Positions 1-13,885 of a stretch of 64,000 nt of DNA are shown here, one piece after another (position 1 is the first letter of the stretch; the number at the start of each line of letters is the position of its first letter). Location: contig NC_135769.1 of the NCBI RefSeq assembly GCF_052425735.1, forward strand, positions 11,842,001 to 11,906,000. Direction: 5' to 3'. The notes below the pieces were generated by a model that worked only from the letters and a program-made list of their open reading frames with translations, did not search any database and was not told where the DNA came from. The DNA is from Oculina patagonica (taxonomy: Eukaryota). The position numbers were made by a program, and so were the translations under genes.

Positions 1-1982
1 TTATTTTTTGTGACAGAAAAGGACTTAATATGAAATGATTAAAATCGATCTAATTTTTCCAGAAACTTTTTCTTGCTTCTCTACAGGACAAAACGTATTT
101 TACTATCTGAGAGCGGTTTTCAGGGTTTTGATGACGGATCGGCGATTTAAAAGCCGCTTCTCGAACGGATAAATTCGCTTTTAAAATAGTACATTACATT
201 AAGCCGCATTTACCTTTCTTATCAAGGTTCGAATTATTTGATGAAAAATTAAATTAGCGTATTAAATTAAAGACAACGCGGTTTGCGGTATGTTTTCTCA
301 CATGGCAGATTCCTCAAAAGTAAAAGCTAAAATCTCCAAAGCGGTACAAAAATCACAGGTAAAATGCACTTCACAGCAAAGATCTAAGCCTATTCTAATA
401 GAAAATAAATTAAAAGGTCCGGGTACGCATGACGCGAACAAACGTTTTTAAGAGTAATTTTGGCAATTTTACATTAGATTGCTCGTTTGACGGTATGCCC
501 AGCGATGTGAAGATAGAAATTTTCATCGCAGCCAGAGTTTGCGTACATCCCGAACGATTTTTGTTTATGGCCGTAGTTTGTTAATAAAAACGGCTAAAAT
601 GCCATAAATAGGAATCGTTCGTCCGCCGCACTGCAATTTTGCTCATTTCAACAGGTTGTCGATTCAGTTTCTCAAATACTTACTTTTTCTCAAACTTTTT
701 CCTCAAGAACTCGGCAACTGAGGCCACCTTTCGACAAAAACAATCAAAGGTGAAGGTATCATTTGCTCCGCAACAGGTGTTAGGAGCTTGCACACCGAAT
801 CTCCTCGACGACACGTCCACGCAACTATGACTATCTAGATATGCCCGACAAGCTTAATTCTATAGTAAACAAAAAAAAGGAAAAAAAATGCAACTTCGAT
901 TATTATTTACAGCGGCTGCGATCAGTGTTTTTTACATCGCAAAAACGAAAAGCTCTCCCTAGGGAGGAAATGGACATTACGCAAATAAAATCAGATGCGT
1001 GAGAAAAATCGAGCTCAGAAAAGTTCCCGTAAGGGGGAATCCTCACGGGGAACGAAAAGAAAAATTCAAGTGAAACATCAAATTCATCATGCACTTTCTC
1101 TCCGTTCATTTGTTCCCCGATGCACCCCTTTATTCATCGTCACCTACTCACAAACGAACTGTATGCGACACTTTCCACCTCTCCTGATGCATGTCTCCGA
1201 AAACATCAATTATTTCTCACGACAATGAGAATGACGCGTGAACTCCCTGCTCAACTCGTAAGCGCAACTTCAAGTGAAAAAAATGGGTTCACAAGAATGC
1301 CAGTTATTGTTTCCAGTTGACAAAAAAAGAAAAAAAAAGAAACAAATGAAAAAAGGAAAAAGCAGCGGAAATGTAAAAAAGGAAATTCTAAAAACGAGAG
1401 AATTAGTCGGTTGAGTGTAGGGAACAAAACCGACGCAAAATCAAAGAAAATTAATAATGAGTAAGCGAGTTCCGCATCTCCTTCCTTATATAGAATGGTA
1501 ATAAGAAATGGAATCCAAGAGAAGACAGAAAAATGAATGGAACGGATCCAGGAGCACCAAAACTTCTCGGTTCAGTCCGACTCCCTACACTGACCTGTGA
1601 CGGGAGAGTGCGGAGTCCAGTTGGCGGAGGACAAAAATGTGAGCCAGCCGTGTGACTCTCTCAGGAGAGCCGCATGCAGAGGCACCTGCTCTCCCTCCAC
1701 ATCTCATGCGAAGAACAGAGCGGCGGAAGAGACAAGGGAGACGAGCGAGAGGAGTTAGGGGCGGAGGAAAGGAAGGTGGTGGGAGTGTTTCGGGGGTAGA
1801 AGGATTGACGGAGGCGCGGAGGCGGAGGCGCGGATCGCCGACCGCTGAAGAGGAGAGGGGAGTGAAAAAGGGAGGACCGCGACCCGAAAGTCGCCGACCG
1901 CGTAGCTGGACAGCCACTTAAATATGAGAATGACGAAAAAAATATGCGAAAGTCGCCAAACAAAAATGATAACGAACGGAAC

Positions 1983-2222
1983 AATAGGCCATTTTACAGT
2001 TGTTGCTCAGTGACCTGGCCTTTGAATGGAAGTGAGGCTGAAGGTCACCTTGTTTTGATACAGACCTCACTGTTTTTGTTGTGTTAATCATGTTGTTCTA
2101 ATGTTAACTAGTTTGATTTACATGATAAAGCAGGGAGGTTTGTATCAATGCAACTGTCACCTCCAGCCTCACTACCATTCAAAGGCCAGGTCACTTGGCA
2201 GGCAACTGTAAAATGGACTATT
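1983..2222. mobile_element. Fold-back MITE with long terminal inverted repeats
   Basis: AATAGGCCATTTTACAGTTG...GTGACCTGGCCTTTGAATGG is mirrored by CCATTCAAAGGCCAGGTCAC...CAACTGTAAAATGGACTATT. Confidence 0.85.
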
Positions 2223-2826
2223 GCTTGCTCGTGAGTTGTGCATCTTGTAAATTTCTGAGCCGTCCTCTGCAAAACAACTACGGACACACGCACGCAGTCT
2301 TCGCAGACGGAATCCTGGAAGGCTTTCATTTCAAACAAATATAGCAGAATGCTCAAAAAAATCAAAATCAAAGCGCCAGATGCTCTGTAGTTAACTCACT
2401 ATTCTTCTTTCTTGCAGAATATTATTGCTACTTTTGTTACTTCGATAAATACCAGTTCCGTCGATAGTGTGTTAGAAATAGTTAAACTTTCTCGATTTAC
2501 TTCCGTTCTGGGAAATTTACTTCCGCTCTGACCTAAGAGCATGCGCAATAAAAACCGGAAGACCAAGTTTCTGACCTGAAAACGATCTGATCAATTCCAT
2601 TTTCCCAGAGTCCGTCCAGTACCGCTGACCGACTAGACGGACTCTGGGCTCGAGATTACCCGCGAACGTCAACTCTGTTGTTATGATATTAATTTTAATA
2701 ACTTCCGGTAACTGAATAGATCCCGACATCAGGCGAGCAAATGTGGAGTATTTTCTTGGATAACACAGACCTACTACGTATCCTTACTTCCACATAGTCT
2801 ATTTGATAGAAGAACTGAAAACTTAC

Positions 2827-5181
2827 GCGTATGGCAATACAACTCCACTCTGAGACAGTTCCAATTATGTTGCTTGGTTGGATAAAAGCGAACGTATCTT
2901 GCAGAAATTGGCACTGGCAATTTGTGCTCGTCAACTGTGTTGCTGTTACCTTGCCTGTTAAACTCCTTTCAATAAAAAAAAAAACGGTTAGGTTGTTATA
3001 CGAAAAATAGAAGCTTAAATAAAGCATGACGTGTTGTCTGTAAGTGTTGTGGTCAGGGATTTTTGACATTATACTCATTGCATCCTTCTGATATTTCATT
3101 TATTAGCCTGCAAACAGGCTCCCGAGTTGGACAGGGCGAAAAAAAATGGCGAGCGAAGCGAGGAGCGCGGGGGGGAGAGAAAGAACGTGGGTGAGCCACC
3201 GATCCACGATGCCAGAGTTGGTTCAGATTTGTTTGTCACAGCGTGACTGTTGAAGGAGTGAGACAGATGCGGAACTTGTGATGGATGGTGTTGTGTGGGG
3301 GGAGTACAACGTGAACTCAAGGCATAAAGATTCGCAGACCTAAAAGATGAGCGAAGATGCCTACACTGTGACCGCCTACTCTACTTGGGATCGCAGGACT
3401 ATGAAATGGTCGTGACCTGCAATAGCATTGACCGATATTGAAGTGAGCAGTATAACCTCTCACCATTTCTAAGCCGTTTGAACCCTTATAAGGTGTCCAG
3501 ACGTTGCCATCCGATGAGTAAGACAACCTAAAGTCTGTGACCCATTCATTGCCATTTCTGTCTCCCTGTGTAGCAACACCACACACTCGAAAAGTTGTGC
3601 CAAGATCAACCTGCAGCCAGTCGTCATTCCTGCTAGCTTCTTTGGCACACCAGCCATCGCCTCTGTCTCCATTAAGTCGACCGTAAGCGGCCTGGAAACC
3701 ATCGCCATATTGAGAAGAAGCAGTCATGTGATCATCAGGGATTTTAGCTTGGTCAGATATTCCTACAGGCTTCGTGAAGCAATCATCCGCTGGTTCTGAA
3801 GGCAAACGGTTATTCATATAAAAATTACGAAACGTTGATGTCATGAACAGTTACTGAAAATAATTTTGCGCACGTTCTTCTTACTCAATTTAACAATCTT
3901 TACATCTATTAAAATTGCTGTTGATGTTTTTTTTCAGTGGTGGACCTTTACCACCGACGACGAAACAATTCATCTTCACTGTGCAAGTGTAAGGCACGAA
4001 CCATCTTCAAAATTGTTAACGGCTTTTTATATGGACGACGCTGCTGTCGTGTCAATGCAACTCACCATTTCCACTCCGCCGGTCGAAATATTTTTATTCT
4101 CGATCTTAGAAATGGTCTTCTTATAAATAAAGCAAAAAATCCCTACTTAGAGTGCACCTTTTAATTTTCAAAAGGTCGAAATGTTTAAATAACTTAAAAA
4201 TAGCTAGAAATCATTCCTTGCTCGATAAACTACTGTCTCTTATTATCCTATTTTGCCGCAAAATTATTTATAATAACTTTATTGCAGAGAAAAGAAATGC
4301 AAAAGAGTGTCAGCAGGGAGGGTGTCAAATGCTGCCTGCAATTTAAGATGTCTTCCTCTGGGAGTAAGCAACCGTTTCCGCACTCAACGTTTTGTTTTAA
4401 ACTATTTTTTTCTTTATTGTACTCTTTTCGTTTGACCCTATAAATCTATCGATCAGTAGACGGCAACTATGCAGCCAATCAGATTGCGCGATTACCTTAT
4501 TACATGAAATTTTCGCGACACTTTAATTTCGCGAATTTCGTGATTCTAAAAATAACGCGAAATTAAAGTGACGCGAACAGTAAGTGTCGCGAACATAACA
4601 TGACGCAAATATTAAGTGACTCGCATACGTCAGTAAGCAATGTAAATGGATGTTGTCGTCAATTGACTCACTTGTAGACATTGTGAGAACTGCTCTGTTG
4701 TTGCTATTGCCGAGATTAATATATGTCCCCCCTGCGTTTTTGTTAATTTTGACGTTATTGTTCCTTCGATGAAGTCGTTTTATATAATTCAAAGGCATGA
4801 CAAAATATATTGCCAAGAAAATGTAAATTGTGTCTCACTCAAAAACGCGAAATTAAATTGATTCAAAATACAAAATTTTCGCAAAATCGCGAAAATTAAG
4901 TGCCGTGAAATATGCATGTGCACCTCAAATCGCGAAATTAACGTGTCGCGAAATTTTCATGTAATAAGGTACCTAATAGAGTAGGTAATGTTAAAACAGA
5001 ATAAATAGTGAGTAGCGTAGCCAATCAGACAACGGCATACGTGATAGAAAGCTAGTAGATTTATATAATAAATTTATATATAAATGTGCTTACCTCCTGT
5101 GGGTGTAGAAAGACCGTTTTTTACATTCCACATATACACGGACAGAATAATTTTCACGGCGAAAGATAATGTTCTGTCCAT
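2827..5181 (-). CDS. Secreted discoidin / coagulation factor 5/8 type C domain protein; exons 5181-5094, 3795-3464, 2965-2827; 3' end unresolved
   Basis: Exon 1 MDRTLSFAVKIILSVYMWNVKNGLSTPTG is signal-peptide-like. Exon 2 contains IPDDHMTASS..AAYGRLNG..GWCA..WLQVDLG..CGVATQG..EWVTDFRLSYSSDG. Exon 3 reads EFNRQGNSNTVDEHKLPVPISARYVRFYPTKQHNWNCLRVELYC. All junctions are GT-AG and phase-compatible. A GTAAGT donor follows 2827, so a further exon is expected. Confidence 0.85.
4495..4969. mobile_element. MITE with TA TSD, nested in an older element (about 4438-5066)
   Basis: TA|CCTTATTACATGAAATTTTCGCGACAC ... GTGTCGCGAAATTTTCATGTAATAAGG|TA, with internal CGCGAAATTAA repeats. Confidence 0.85.
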
Positions 5182-7274
5182 AATCACACAAACAGCCCAC
5201 TTGTGCTATGGAACCACAAATTCCTGCCTATAAGATTGCGGCTAACAATTATGAATGGAAAAAATGAGCTTACAAAATACTAGTTAATGTCTAGTTACCC
5301 TCGGGCTTACATGCAAATTGATACCTCCACCGTTGTGCAAGATGATGGAGTTGATGGATGAAACACTCCTAAGGGTTTCGTTCTATTAATGCGCAGCGAA
5401 TTTATTTTTCACTGAGTAGAAAGCAAGAACTCAAGCCAACTAAATGAAATTGATCTTCTTTGTTCCACTCAAATGGATCGTCTTCTTTGAATGTGGCCCT
5501 TTATAAGCGTTTTGAGTTATATAGACGTTACATAGACGCCGAGTACAGTGGAAACCTTATATCGATAACTACCAACAAAACTTCAGTCGAAAACAGTCGC
5601 TTTGTATTCATTCAAAAATTCTTTGTTTTTAATATCGTTTAGAAAGTGGCAGAATCCGCGCGTCAGATTTTTCTTCAATGGATTACTACTGTCAAATACA
5701 AAGAAAAGAAAGAAAACTGTATCGTTGAAATAGCCTAAAAGAGATCTGCTGCCTATCGCTTTTTCTGTGAACAACTTTCGTCAATATTTTTTTTCTTCTA
5801 CAAGGGTAAAAAGTGGCAGATTTTAGATATTGCCACTTACCAAAGCAGACTTGGGTTTGGATTGCTACTTGCAAAAAGAACAAATATATCGATGTAACAG
5901 CTTAAAAAAATACCTTCCTCTGCTCACCTTTTTTTTATCTTGACTGAGCTTGAAGAACATTAAAGTTTTAAAGTCTTAGTTGTTAGTTGATTCTAGGTTG
6001 CAACCTATTGTGCCAGAATATAATATTCAAACTATCTGCTGTTAAATTTCTAGCTTCCCTGATGGTTCAATTCTTATTTGAAATGAGCTCAAAACAAAGA
6101 GCTGACCTTATTTGGTAAAGTGTTCAGTGTTGTACAGAGGCATTAAATATAAGGAGAATACGCCCTTTCAAAGCGAGAATGTGGAATATTTTTTAAACAA
6201 TTCCTGTAAATGTACAACAAAAACGACTGAAATTTGTTACCTTAAACCGCTTATCGTTTCCAGCAGAGTAAAGATTCCAAACCAATACAAGAAATGTTGG
6301 GGAAATCGGAAAAGTTTTGTTTCGCGTTATAATTAAAAACCACCCAGAGTGAAATTCTACTCGAAGTTCAATCTCTTGCAAGGATTTTTTTCCACCATCT
6401 GTGAATCTGTTGGCAGTTCTTTTGTTCAAGCCCCAGTTAACGCATCAGTTCTGAGTTCAGTTTCGTGGAACAAAATTAATTTTCGAGAGCTGCGGCAGTG
6501 TAGACAAGCAAACGCTAGTTTTTCTTGACTTGTACAACGACAATATGATACTCAGCTTCGCAACTTTTTCGGACCTTTCCGTGAACATCGTTTGTCATAT
6601 CTAATGATGACTTTATAAGAGATTGCGTGAGGAACATTTCCAAAAAATACCGCTCACTTTGCTCGCATATTTATTGCATTCAACCCACACAGTGAACAGT
6701 ATCATGCCACCGAACCGATTCTGCCACCTTTCTCCCGCTCTCTTTCTTTAGATCAAAACGAAACGTTCACATCAGATTAGTGACAGATAGAAAAGTCAAG
6801 GAAGAAATACTGAAGTGAGATTACTGAAAACATTGATAAAACAATTATTCCATTCGCACTTGTTAGATACGAGATGATCACAACCAACCCGGCGCTAAGT
6901 GCCTCGTGAAATAATTAATGGTGCACCACTGTGCACTACTTGCTGTGATTCTAGGGCTTGCTGTAATGATATAGCTTCATTAAATAATCTTTAGCTCAAT
7001 AAATTTTTATTTTGTAGATTGCGAGAGATGAAATAAAGTATGCTACTGATAAAATCAATCGAGCCTCTGCGTGACTTTTTTGTTTTAAAAAATGTTTGGC
7101 GAACTAATCCGGCGATAGATGCTGGCGAGGTTTCAATTAAGATAGAAAATGTGGACTGAGAAGAATAACATTGCACACCGCCCGGTTGTTTAAAAAGACC
7201 GCCACAGGGAAGGAGGGTTCAGCCTGTTCTCATCCTATCTTGAAATAAACCAGTTATAACAAACTGAACTTCGC

Positions 7275-7456
7275 CGTAAATTTGAAAACGCATCTTTTTT
7301 TAACACGGATCACCGAAAACGGAGCTTTTGAAAAACGCTCTCTAAAGTGGGTATCGTTTTCAAATTTACGGGTTAATGTGGACAGAAAACATTTACACGG
7401 CGTTTTCAGATTTCTCCGTTTTCAAATTTACCCGGGTCAGTGTGGACGGGGCCTAA
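7275..7456. mobile_element. Truncated PIF/Harbinger-like MITE of the same family as 56886-57241
   Basis: Ends in TTTTCAAATTTACCCGGGTCAGTGTGGACGGGGCC|TAA. Confidence 0.7.
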
Positions 7457-7713
7457 ATCATAGACATATGAACGAAGAAACTGAACGAATTTTCATTTCC
7501 GACTGTGTAACATCAGCCATAACATTGAGCCATCTTGTGGGACGTTTTCTGTGCTCTTTCTCTGTTTGAATAACATTTCCTTAGACGGAAAAATGTGTTT
7601 ACTCAGCTTTGCACACTGGCCAAATGTGAAGAATAATTTACCTTATTTTGTTTGAATTTTTAAAAATTGTAAATTGCAAAGTTTGAAAACTGGAGAATAC
7701 CACTTGGGGATAT

Positions 7714-7960
7714 TAAACAATTATTCACCGAAGTGGAGGTAAATATCCACCACATTCACCGACACTGAGGTGAATAATTGTAGCTAACTGTTTTAGTATA
7801 TACCAGACAAGTTGAATGACTAGCGGACCAAAACATCACTTTCGGTAAACAAAGCGACGCGCGAAGGCAGTTTGTTTCTCTTTAGCTGCTCGGAGGTGAA
7901 TAGTACTTTGCTAATCAGCTCCGTGTTAACCAATCAGCGCGCGCGAAAAGCACTATTCTG
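7714..7960. repeat. Interspersed repeat; second copy at about 22895-23150
   Basis: Both share GGAGGTAAAT.TCCACCACATTCAC..ACACTGAGGTGAAT.ATTG..TTTTAGTATATACCA..GACCAAAACATCACTTT..AATAGTACTTTGCTAAT. Confidence 0.75.
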
Positions 7961-8963
7961 AGGCGAATAATTGTTTTAGTATAGTTTTCACAGGTGAATA
8001 TCAAGACTGCAAAATAACAATAACACGAAAACAACAAACACAGATGCTCTCTTGCATACATGTGTATAAAACAGAATAAAACAAACACTACGAAAAAGTT
8101 AGATATCTGGTACCTTTGTTTAATCGTTGGTGACTTCTGACCAATTGTGTGAATCCTTTTGAAATGACCAGTTCTGTTGAGAAGAGAACTACTAAAGTGA
8201 ATGATGTTTTGTTAGCCGATCTGACTGAGTTTTTCATTCTCCAAAACCACTGACCATATGCATGTTTACGATCAATTCTAATGCCTTGAAAACCATCTCT
8301 TGAAAATATTTTCGGTCCAGAAGAATTTCCAATGTTTTAAATATCCAGGACTTGGAATGATTTCTTTCAAACGAGGGAAATTTCATTCAGCAAATTCCGC
8401 CATGTCCACTAGCCTGGATGGCAAATGTGGCATGGCTTACTAGCCAAGCCTTGAGACGATATATTCATCGCCAAGCGCGGTGAATATTTAATAAATTCTA
8501 TTGTTCATGTCGCGAACCAGTTTTGCGAAGTGTAATGGAGCATGCGGTAAGAATTGAGCTGTGATATTTTTCAATCGTTAAACGCAATGTTGTCACTGTT
8601 TTAAGGAATTTTTCGAGATTAAACCGTTGTTGGAATCATTCGTTTTTGCCGTGGTTTATCTGATACAATCACAGCAAATCTTCTCAAAATCAACGCCTAA
8701 ACAAACATAAGTTTGCAATCTTCTATGTGACAGAAGCCTCCATCTTATGTGTCAAACGTTAGCTGTTGAGACTGACACATTTTTGCATTCTAATTGCATT
8801 CGGCTCGGGTTGAACACTTTTAAAACTGAAAACTTATCGTGGCAGCCATTTTATTTCGTTGAAAACCATCAATGCGCATCCCTAAGCTCACTTTTCAGCC
8901 CGGGCTGAAATTGAAAACGCGAGTACATGAGGTTTTTCAACCCTTTTTCCCGGGCTGAGATTT

Positions 8964-9107
8964 CGGATCAATTTAGGTTTCTGGGAAACTGCTCACCTAC
9001 CCCCTCCCCAAACCTAACATTAACCCTTACTTATCGCTTTGGGCAAAATGTTAGGTTTGGGGATGGAGGGGTAGGTGAGCAGTTTCCCAGAAACCTAAAT
9101 TGATCCG
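8964..9107. mobile_element. 144-bp hairpin MITE with 6-bp TSD AGATTT
   Basis: CGGATCAATTTAGGTTTCTGGGAAACTGCTCACCTACCCC is mirrored exactly at the right end. AGATTT lies at 8958-8963 and 9108-9113. Confidence 0.9.
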
Positions 9108-10399
9108 AGATTTCCAGCCCGGTTTCAAAAACCGGGCTGGAAATTGTAATGTTTGCAATCTTCCATGTAACAGAAGCCTAGATCTTATGTGACAAACTGT
9201 TGAGAGATTGACTCATTTTTCGCATTCTTATCGTTCTTGGAGAACAGATTTTTCTATTCCGGTGTTACGACAAATGGTGTGATTGACACATTTTTCGCTT
9301 TCTGATCGTTCTTAGTGGAATAACAAAATTTTCAACTTCCGCTTTCTATTCGCCTTTTATTAACGTGGCACGCACGCGCAAAACGCAATCCGCTGGTCAC
9401 TGTCAAGATTAGGGTTTGCGGGTAGGGCCCACAGTGCTCGGCTGGCCCATGCGGCAACTCCCTCGAGCAACTCGTCTCGAGCAACGGTGAGCACCAGACG
9501 AAGATCGAAGAATCCGAGTGGCAAGGCAACGAGGAAGAACGAAGACCGAAGATGAGGAACACTGAAGACGTCGACACACAGACCCACAAACATGACGATC
9601 GAACACGAGGACCGAACATCCACCGGCGACACCCAAGGGAAAGCATGAAGAGAACCTGAAGAAACGCGTGGAGGAGCAACGAGCAACAATCAGAAGCAAC
9701 TGGGAGGAGCAACTGAGCAACTGAGAAAACGAGCAACGGGAAACCGAGCAACTTGTGGAAAGCCCTATTTGCGGGCCTCTCTTGGGCCCGAAATTAGGAT
9801 TGCGGGCCTCTTTTGGGCCCGCAATAAACCCCTTCAAGCGGCTGGTATATTGGAAGATAATGCCCGAGGCTGAAAGATTGTCCGAAAAAAAAAACAGTTG
9901 GCCGAGAGGCGAAGCTTCGAGGGCAACTGTGAAATTTTTAGGAGAATCTTTCACGACTTTCAGCCAAGGGCATTATCCTCCAATATACCAGCAAGCCAGA
10001 AAGGGGTTTATTTTAAGTTTTGTAACCTTCCGATAAATTTTTTCAACGCGCTTTACCACCGGTTAAAAGAAAAAAAGTTCAGTGATAATCACGGTGTAGC
10101 TGTGGTTGAAAGAACTGCAAGTTGATTGGTTTGTGTAATTTTTTAACACTGATTTGATTAAAAAGTTAGAGCTGAAAAGGTGACTGCTTGTTTGCCTATA
10201 AAATCGGGCGACGGATAACAAATCGGATGGGGTATATTGCCTGATACCCGTCGTCCGATTTTTTACCACATGATGCATTCTGTCCAATGAGTGCGCGCGA
10301 AAATTAATCGGTGGGTTATAAATCGTCACAATCCGAGCTTCTCGACCAATCAGAATGTCCCATTCTTGAATTCACCTCTGGAAATTATACTAAGATGCA

Positions 10400-10866
10400 A
10401 GGAGGGGGGCAATGGGCAGTATTAGAAACCGCAAAACCGAACAAAAAATCATCAAAAACGGCAAAACTACACGGTAAATTTCGACCAAAACCGAAAACAG
10501 CACAAAAAAAAATTCAAATTTCAAAAACCCTAAATCTTCTCTATTGACACGTGAAGATTTTTTTAAAAAAGGTTTTTCTTATACGTTTTTTAAATTAATT
10601 TTCTGTTCAGTTACAAGCTGAATCCTACTACTCAAACTTGCATTTTAAACAGGTGACCAAATGGGAAAAACCGAAAATTACATCGAATACCAAACCCGAA
10701 AAACCGCTTGTATTTTTGCCGTAAACCAAATGCCAAAAGAAGGAATACACACAAACCGCATAAGACTCCAAAACCGAAAACCGCAGTTGTTCGCGGCGAA
10801 AACGTACCGAACCCGATCAAACAAATGGCCAAAACCGCCAAACCGAAAATCCCAACGCACCCCCTG
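10400..10866. mobile_element. Probable non-autonomous DNA element rich in AAACCG motifs
   Basis: AGGGGG...CCCCCT ends and numerous AAACCG(C/A) copies. No TSD resolved. Confidence 0.5.
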
Positions 10867-13800
10867 ATTTAGACAAGGATGTGTGGAAACTGAAAACATC
10901 CCTAGAATCAATATTTCTTGACCTAGTATTTTACAGCCGACGGATTCAAAAATAAATACTGGGCTATTTTTTTACCTAGGCCCAGCACTACCCAGTGCTA
11001 GTGTGGATATAGCGTATAATTAGGTTAGAAAGCAAACAGCCATAGACTGAAAATAAGATCACAGTATTATCAAAATATTCGTAAATACTGTCAATAGCGC
11101 CTTGAGATGATCTCATAATAAAATCAAATTTCATTTTTGTGCTAATTTTTGTGAATAATCCCAGACGTTTCGTTTCGGAACTTCTGTCCCTTTAACAGTG
11201 GAAAATTGCCGTTGAAGTCTGCGCGCGTCATTTTATTATTATGGCACTTGCGTAAGAAAACATTATTGATCAGTCTAAGATAAAAGGCCACTCTGCTTAT
11301 AAAAATCGTTTCAACTTTTAGAAGGTGAGTTTAAAACTCTTTAAAAGATGTTAAGACAAGTTATTTTTGTACATAAGGAACCGGATTATTTTAATATATA
11401 CAACTTTGAGGACGTCTTCTCTTGAAAACAAAAGTTCTCCAAATTTCTCAATTTTCGAGGTTTTAGAAACTGTCCAAGCAAGTTATAGTGACTTTCTAGT
11501 TTGTGTATTAATTGAACGTTAATGTGAAACACCAGTTAAAACCTGCTTATTCAGAATTAATTGTTAGGAAACATGTTTACAAAATTAGGTCAACAAAGAC
11601 AGGGATAATTCTTTTTGCATCTCAACATTTTTGGGCGTGTAATTGTGTGGAATACCAAAGCAATACATAAAAATTACAAAAAAGCGGTTAAATTGAAACA
11701 GATGCCCGGCCTTTTAGCTCGTTTTTGTTTAATATTATTATTTTTAATCACATGATTAAAGATTAAAACCGCACTAGACCGGCTACCTAATTGAAATTCA
11801 TTAAGCACATTTTTTCTGCAGTGTTAGAGTTTCCCAGCAATAATTCAAATTTACTGGCCTAAGAATAAACATGATGAATACTGAATAGAGATACGCAGTT
11901 ATAACATTCTACGCTGAAAACATCAAACGCTCGGTTCCATTAAATTACTTTGTTTGCCACAAACATCATCCTTCAAGTTATTCTGTATATTCAAGAAAGG
12001 GCTTCGTAAATTGGACAGGTAAGCTTTCCTTGCTTTACATTTCCACAAAATTTCTAATCGCAGGCGATTTGGGCTGATGACTTTCCAAGTCGGTGATGTT
12101 GCTTGCACGAGCGATTTTTAAAGACGATTTTGTTTCTATGTTATACGAAACAACTTTAAAAGCAACATTGTTGAGGCGAAGATATGTTACAAGATATTGA
12201 TTTTTAACGCAACAATGTTAAAAATCGTCGTTTTAAAAAACGCCTCGTGTAGCATCACATTAAGCCGCGAACACTCGCTGTCAGCAGAAAAACTTCCTCA
12301 GTTTTGCATTTGCTCGACAATAGGTTTCTTACTCTTTCCTTGAATTTCACGTAACTGAAGTAAATTTTCTCTAATATAGAGACCGATAGAAATTTCCTCA
12401 ATTTATTTTCATTGGAATAGACACAATAGGAGTGCGCATCATTGTACGGTGGCAAATTAAAACTGTGTGCCACCCGCAATAAAAAAAATTATCACATCGT
12501 ATTCTGTTTTTTAAAGGGGTTTGATAATGACTTATTGTGCGGCGCAAGAAAAATAACGAGTTTGCACATATGCTAGTAGTATAAATATTTTGCAATTAAC
12601 AATATCTTTTTTTTATTTAAACATGGTTAATGTTTATTAAAACATGCATGCGTCGTGCTCAAAAAGTCAAAATTCGAATTATATATAAAAATGAAATAAA
12701 AAGCCAAAACAATATAAAAAGAAAAAAAACCCTTCACCACCCGGTCAAGTGTCCTTTTTTTTTTTAAATTTATATAGAAACATTTTTTTTTTTTTTAATA
12801 AAAAATTTTAAAAAAAAAAAAATAAATAAAAAAAAAAACCCCCTTGTGGACACCCCCCAAAAAAAAGGGGGGGAAGGGGGGGGGGGGGGGGGGGTTTGGG
12901 GGGTCGGACATGTCGGAAGTCAGTTAAAATTTTATTACTTTGTCGGTTGTCAGTTATATTTTGTGCCCTTCGCTAGTCGGTTAACCCCATTCAGACCCTC
13001 TAATACGGAAAGTTTTGTTTGCCCCGTTGGAAAAGCTCATGCAAAATCAACCTCCCTTTAGTATCACTAGTTATCTGCGTACTTTATATTTCACTTGGCA
13101 AGGTTATGTGCTATATGTTCCCTGTTAGAAGTTGGACGTTTTCCATACGGTTTGATGCGATTTTATAACATTCACGAACTATCTCAAAATGATCACGTTG
13201 CGCGTCAGTTTGAAAGAATTGAAGCCTTCGGTAAACATTAATTTTAATTTAGTGAGAGACATTTGACTTATTTGAATGAGTGTAAGATGTCTTCAGTTCA
13301 AGCAAGAGAAAATCTTGGTTCAAGTTGATTTTAATTTACATTTAAGACGCTTTATATCGTTCTATTGCTGTTAAATTGTGTGCTTTAGAGTTTGTTTTGA
13401 TAAAACAGCTGGTGTCTGTGTCGAGCCTGCCTGATACGGACACATTTGTGTGTCTTTGGTGTCCCGATTTACTAGTGCCTTTCTGTGCGCAATGGCATTT
13501 ACTAAACATTTAGATAAAGACCTTGAATCAGGATACATTCTACGCTTTAGTAAACATAATTAGTGAAAAACAGTAAATTTACGAAACATGAAGAACTGTA
13601 CGATTCTTAATTCAGAAGAAAACTGGTGGCTATCGATTAGCGACGGCGAACGTTTCATTAGAAACTGCATGCTGGGTACAGATTGTCAATGCCGTATACC
13701 TTTCTAAAAAAATTCGCTTATCTAGAGTATGAAGCTGGGTTATCGAAGAAATACCAATCCACCAAATCTAAATTGTTTTATACATTTCACTCAAAGGGCG

Positions 13801-13885
13801 AAACCTGCTTTGGAATGAGTGAATTAATTGGTTCATCTATTTATCTCTTTCAGACAAGAACAGTTATAAAGAGGTGGCAAAGAGG

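Noticed and set aside
1585-1984. Overlapping Arg/Gly/Pro-rich ORFs
   Set aside because: GC-rich purine-skewed repeat-like DNA with no recognisable domain and non-ATG starts.
9332-9954. Three overlapping minus-strand ORFs of 109-181 aa
   Set aside because: They are stop-poor because of base composition. No motifs or exon boundaries.
12690-12905. Long A, T, C and G homopolymer runs and a Gly-rich ORF (possible G-quadruplex)
   Set aside because: The pattern looks like low-quality consensus or simple sequence, with no splice or homology support.
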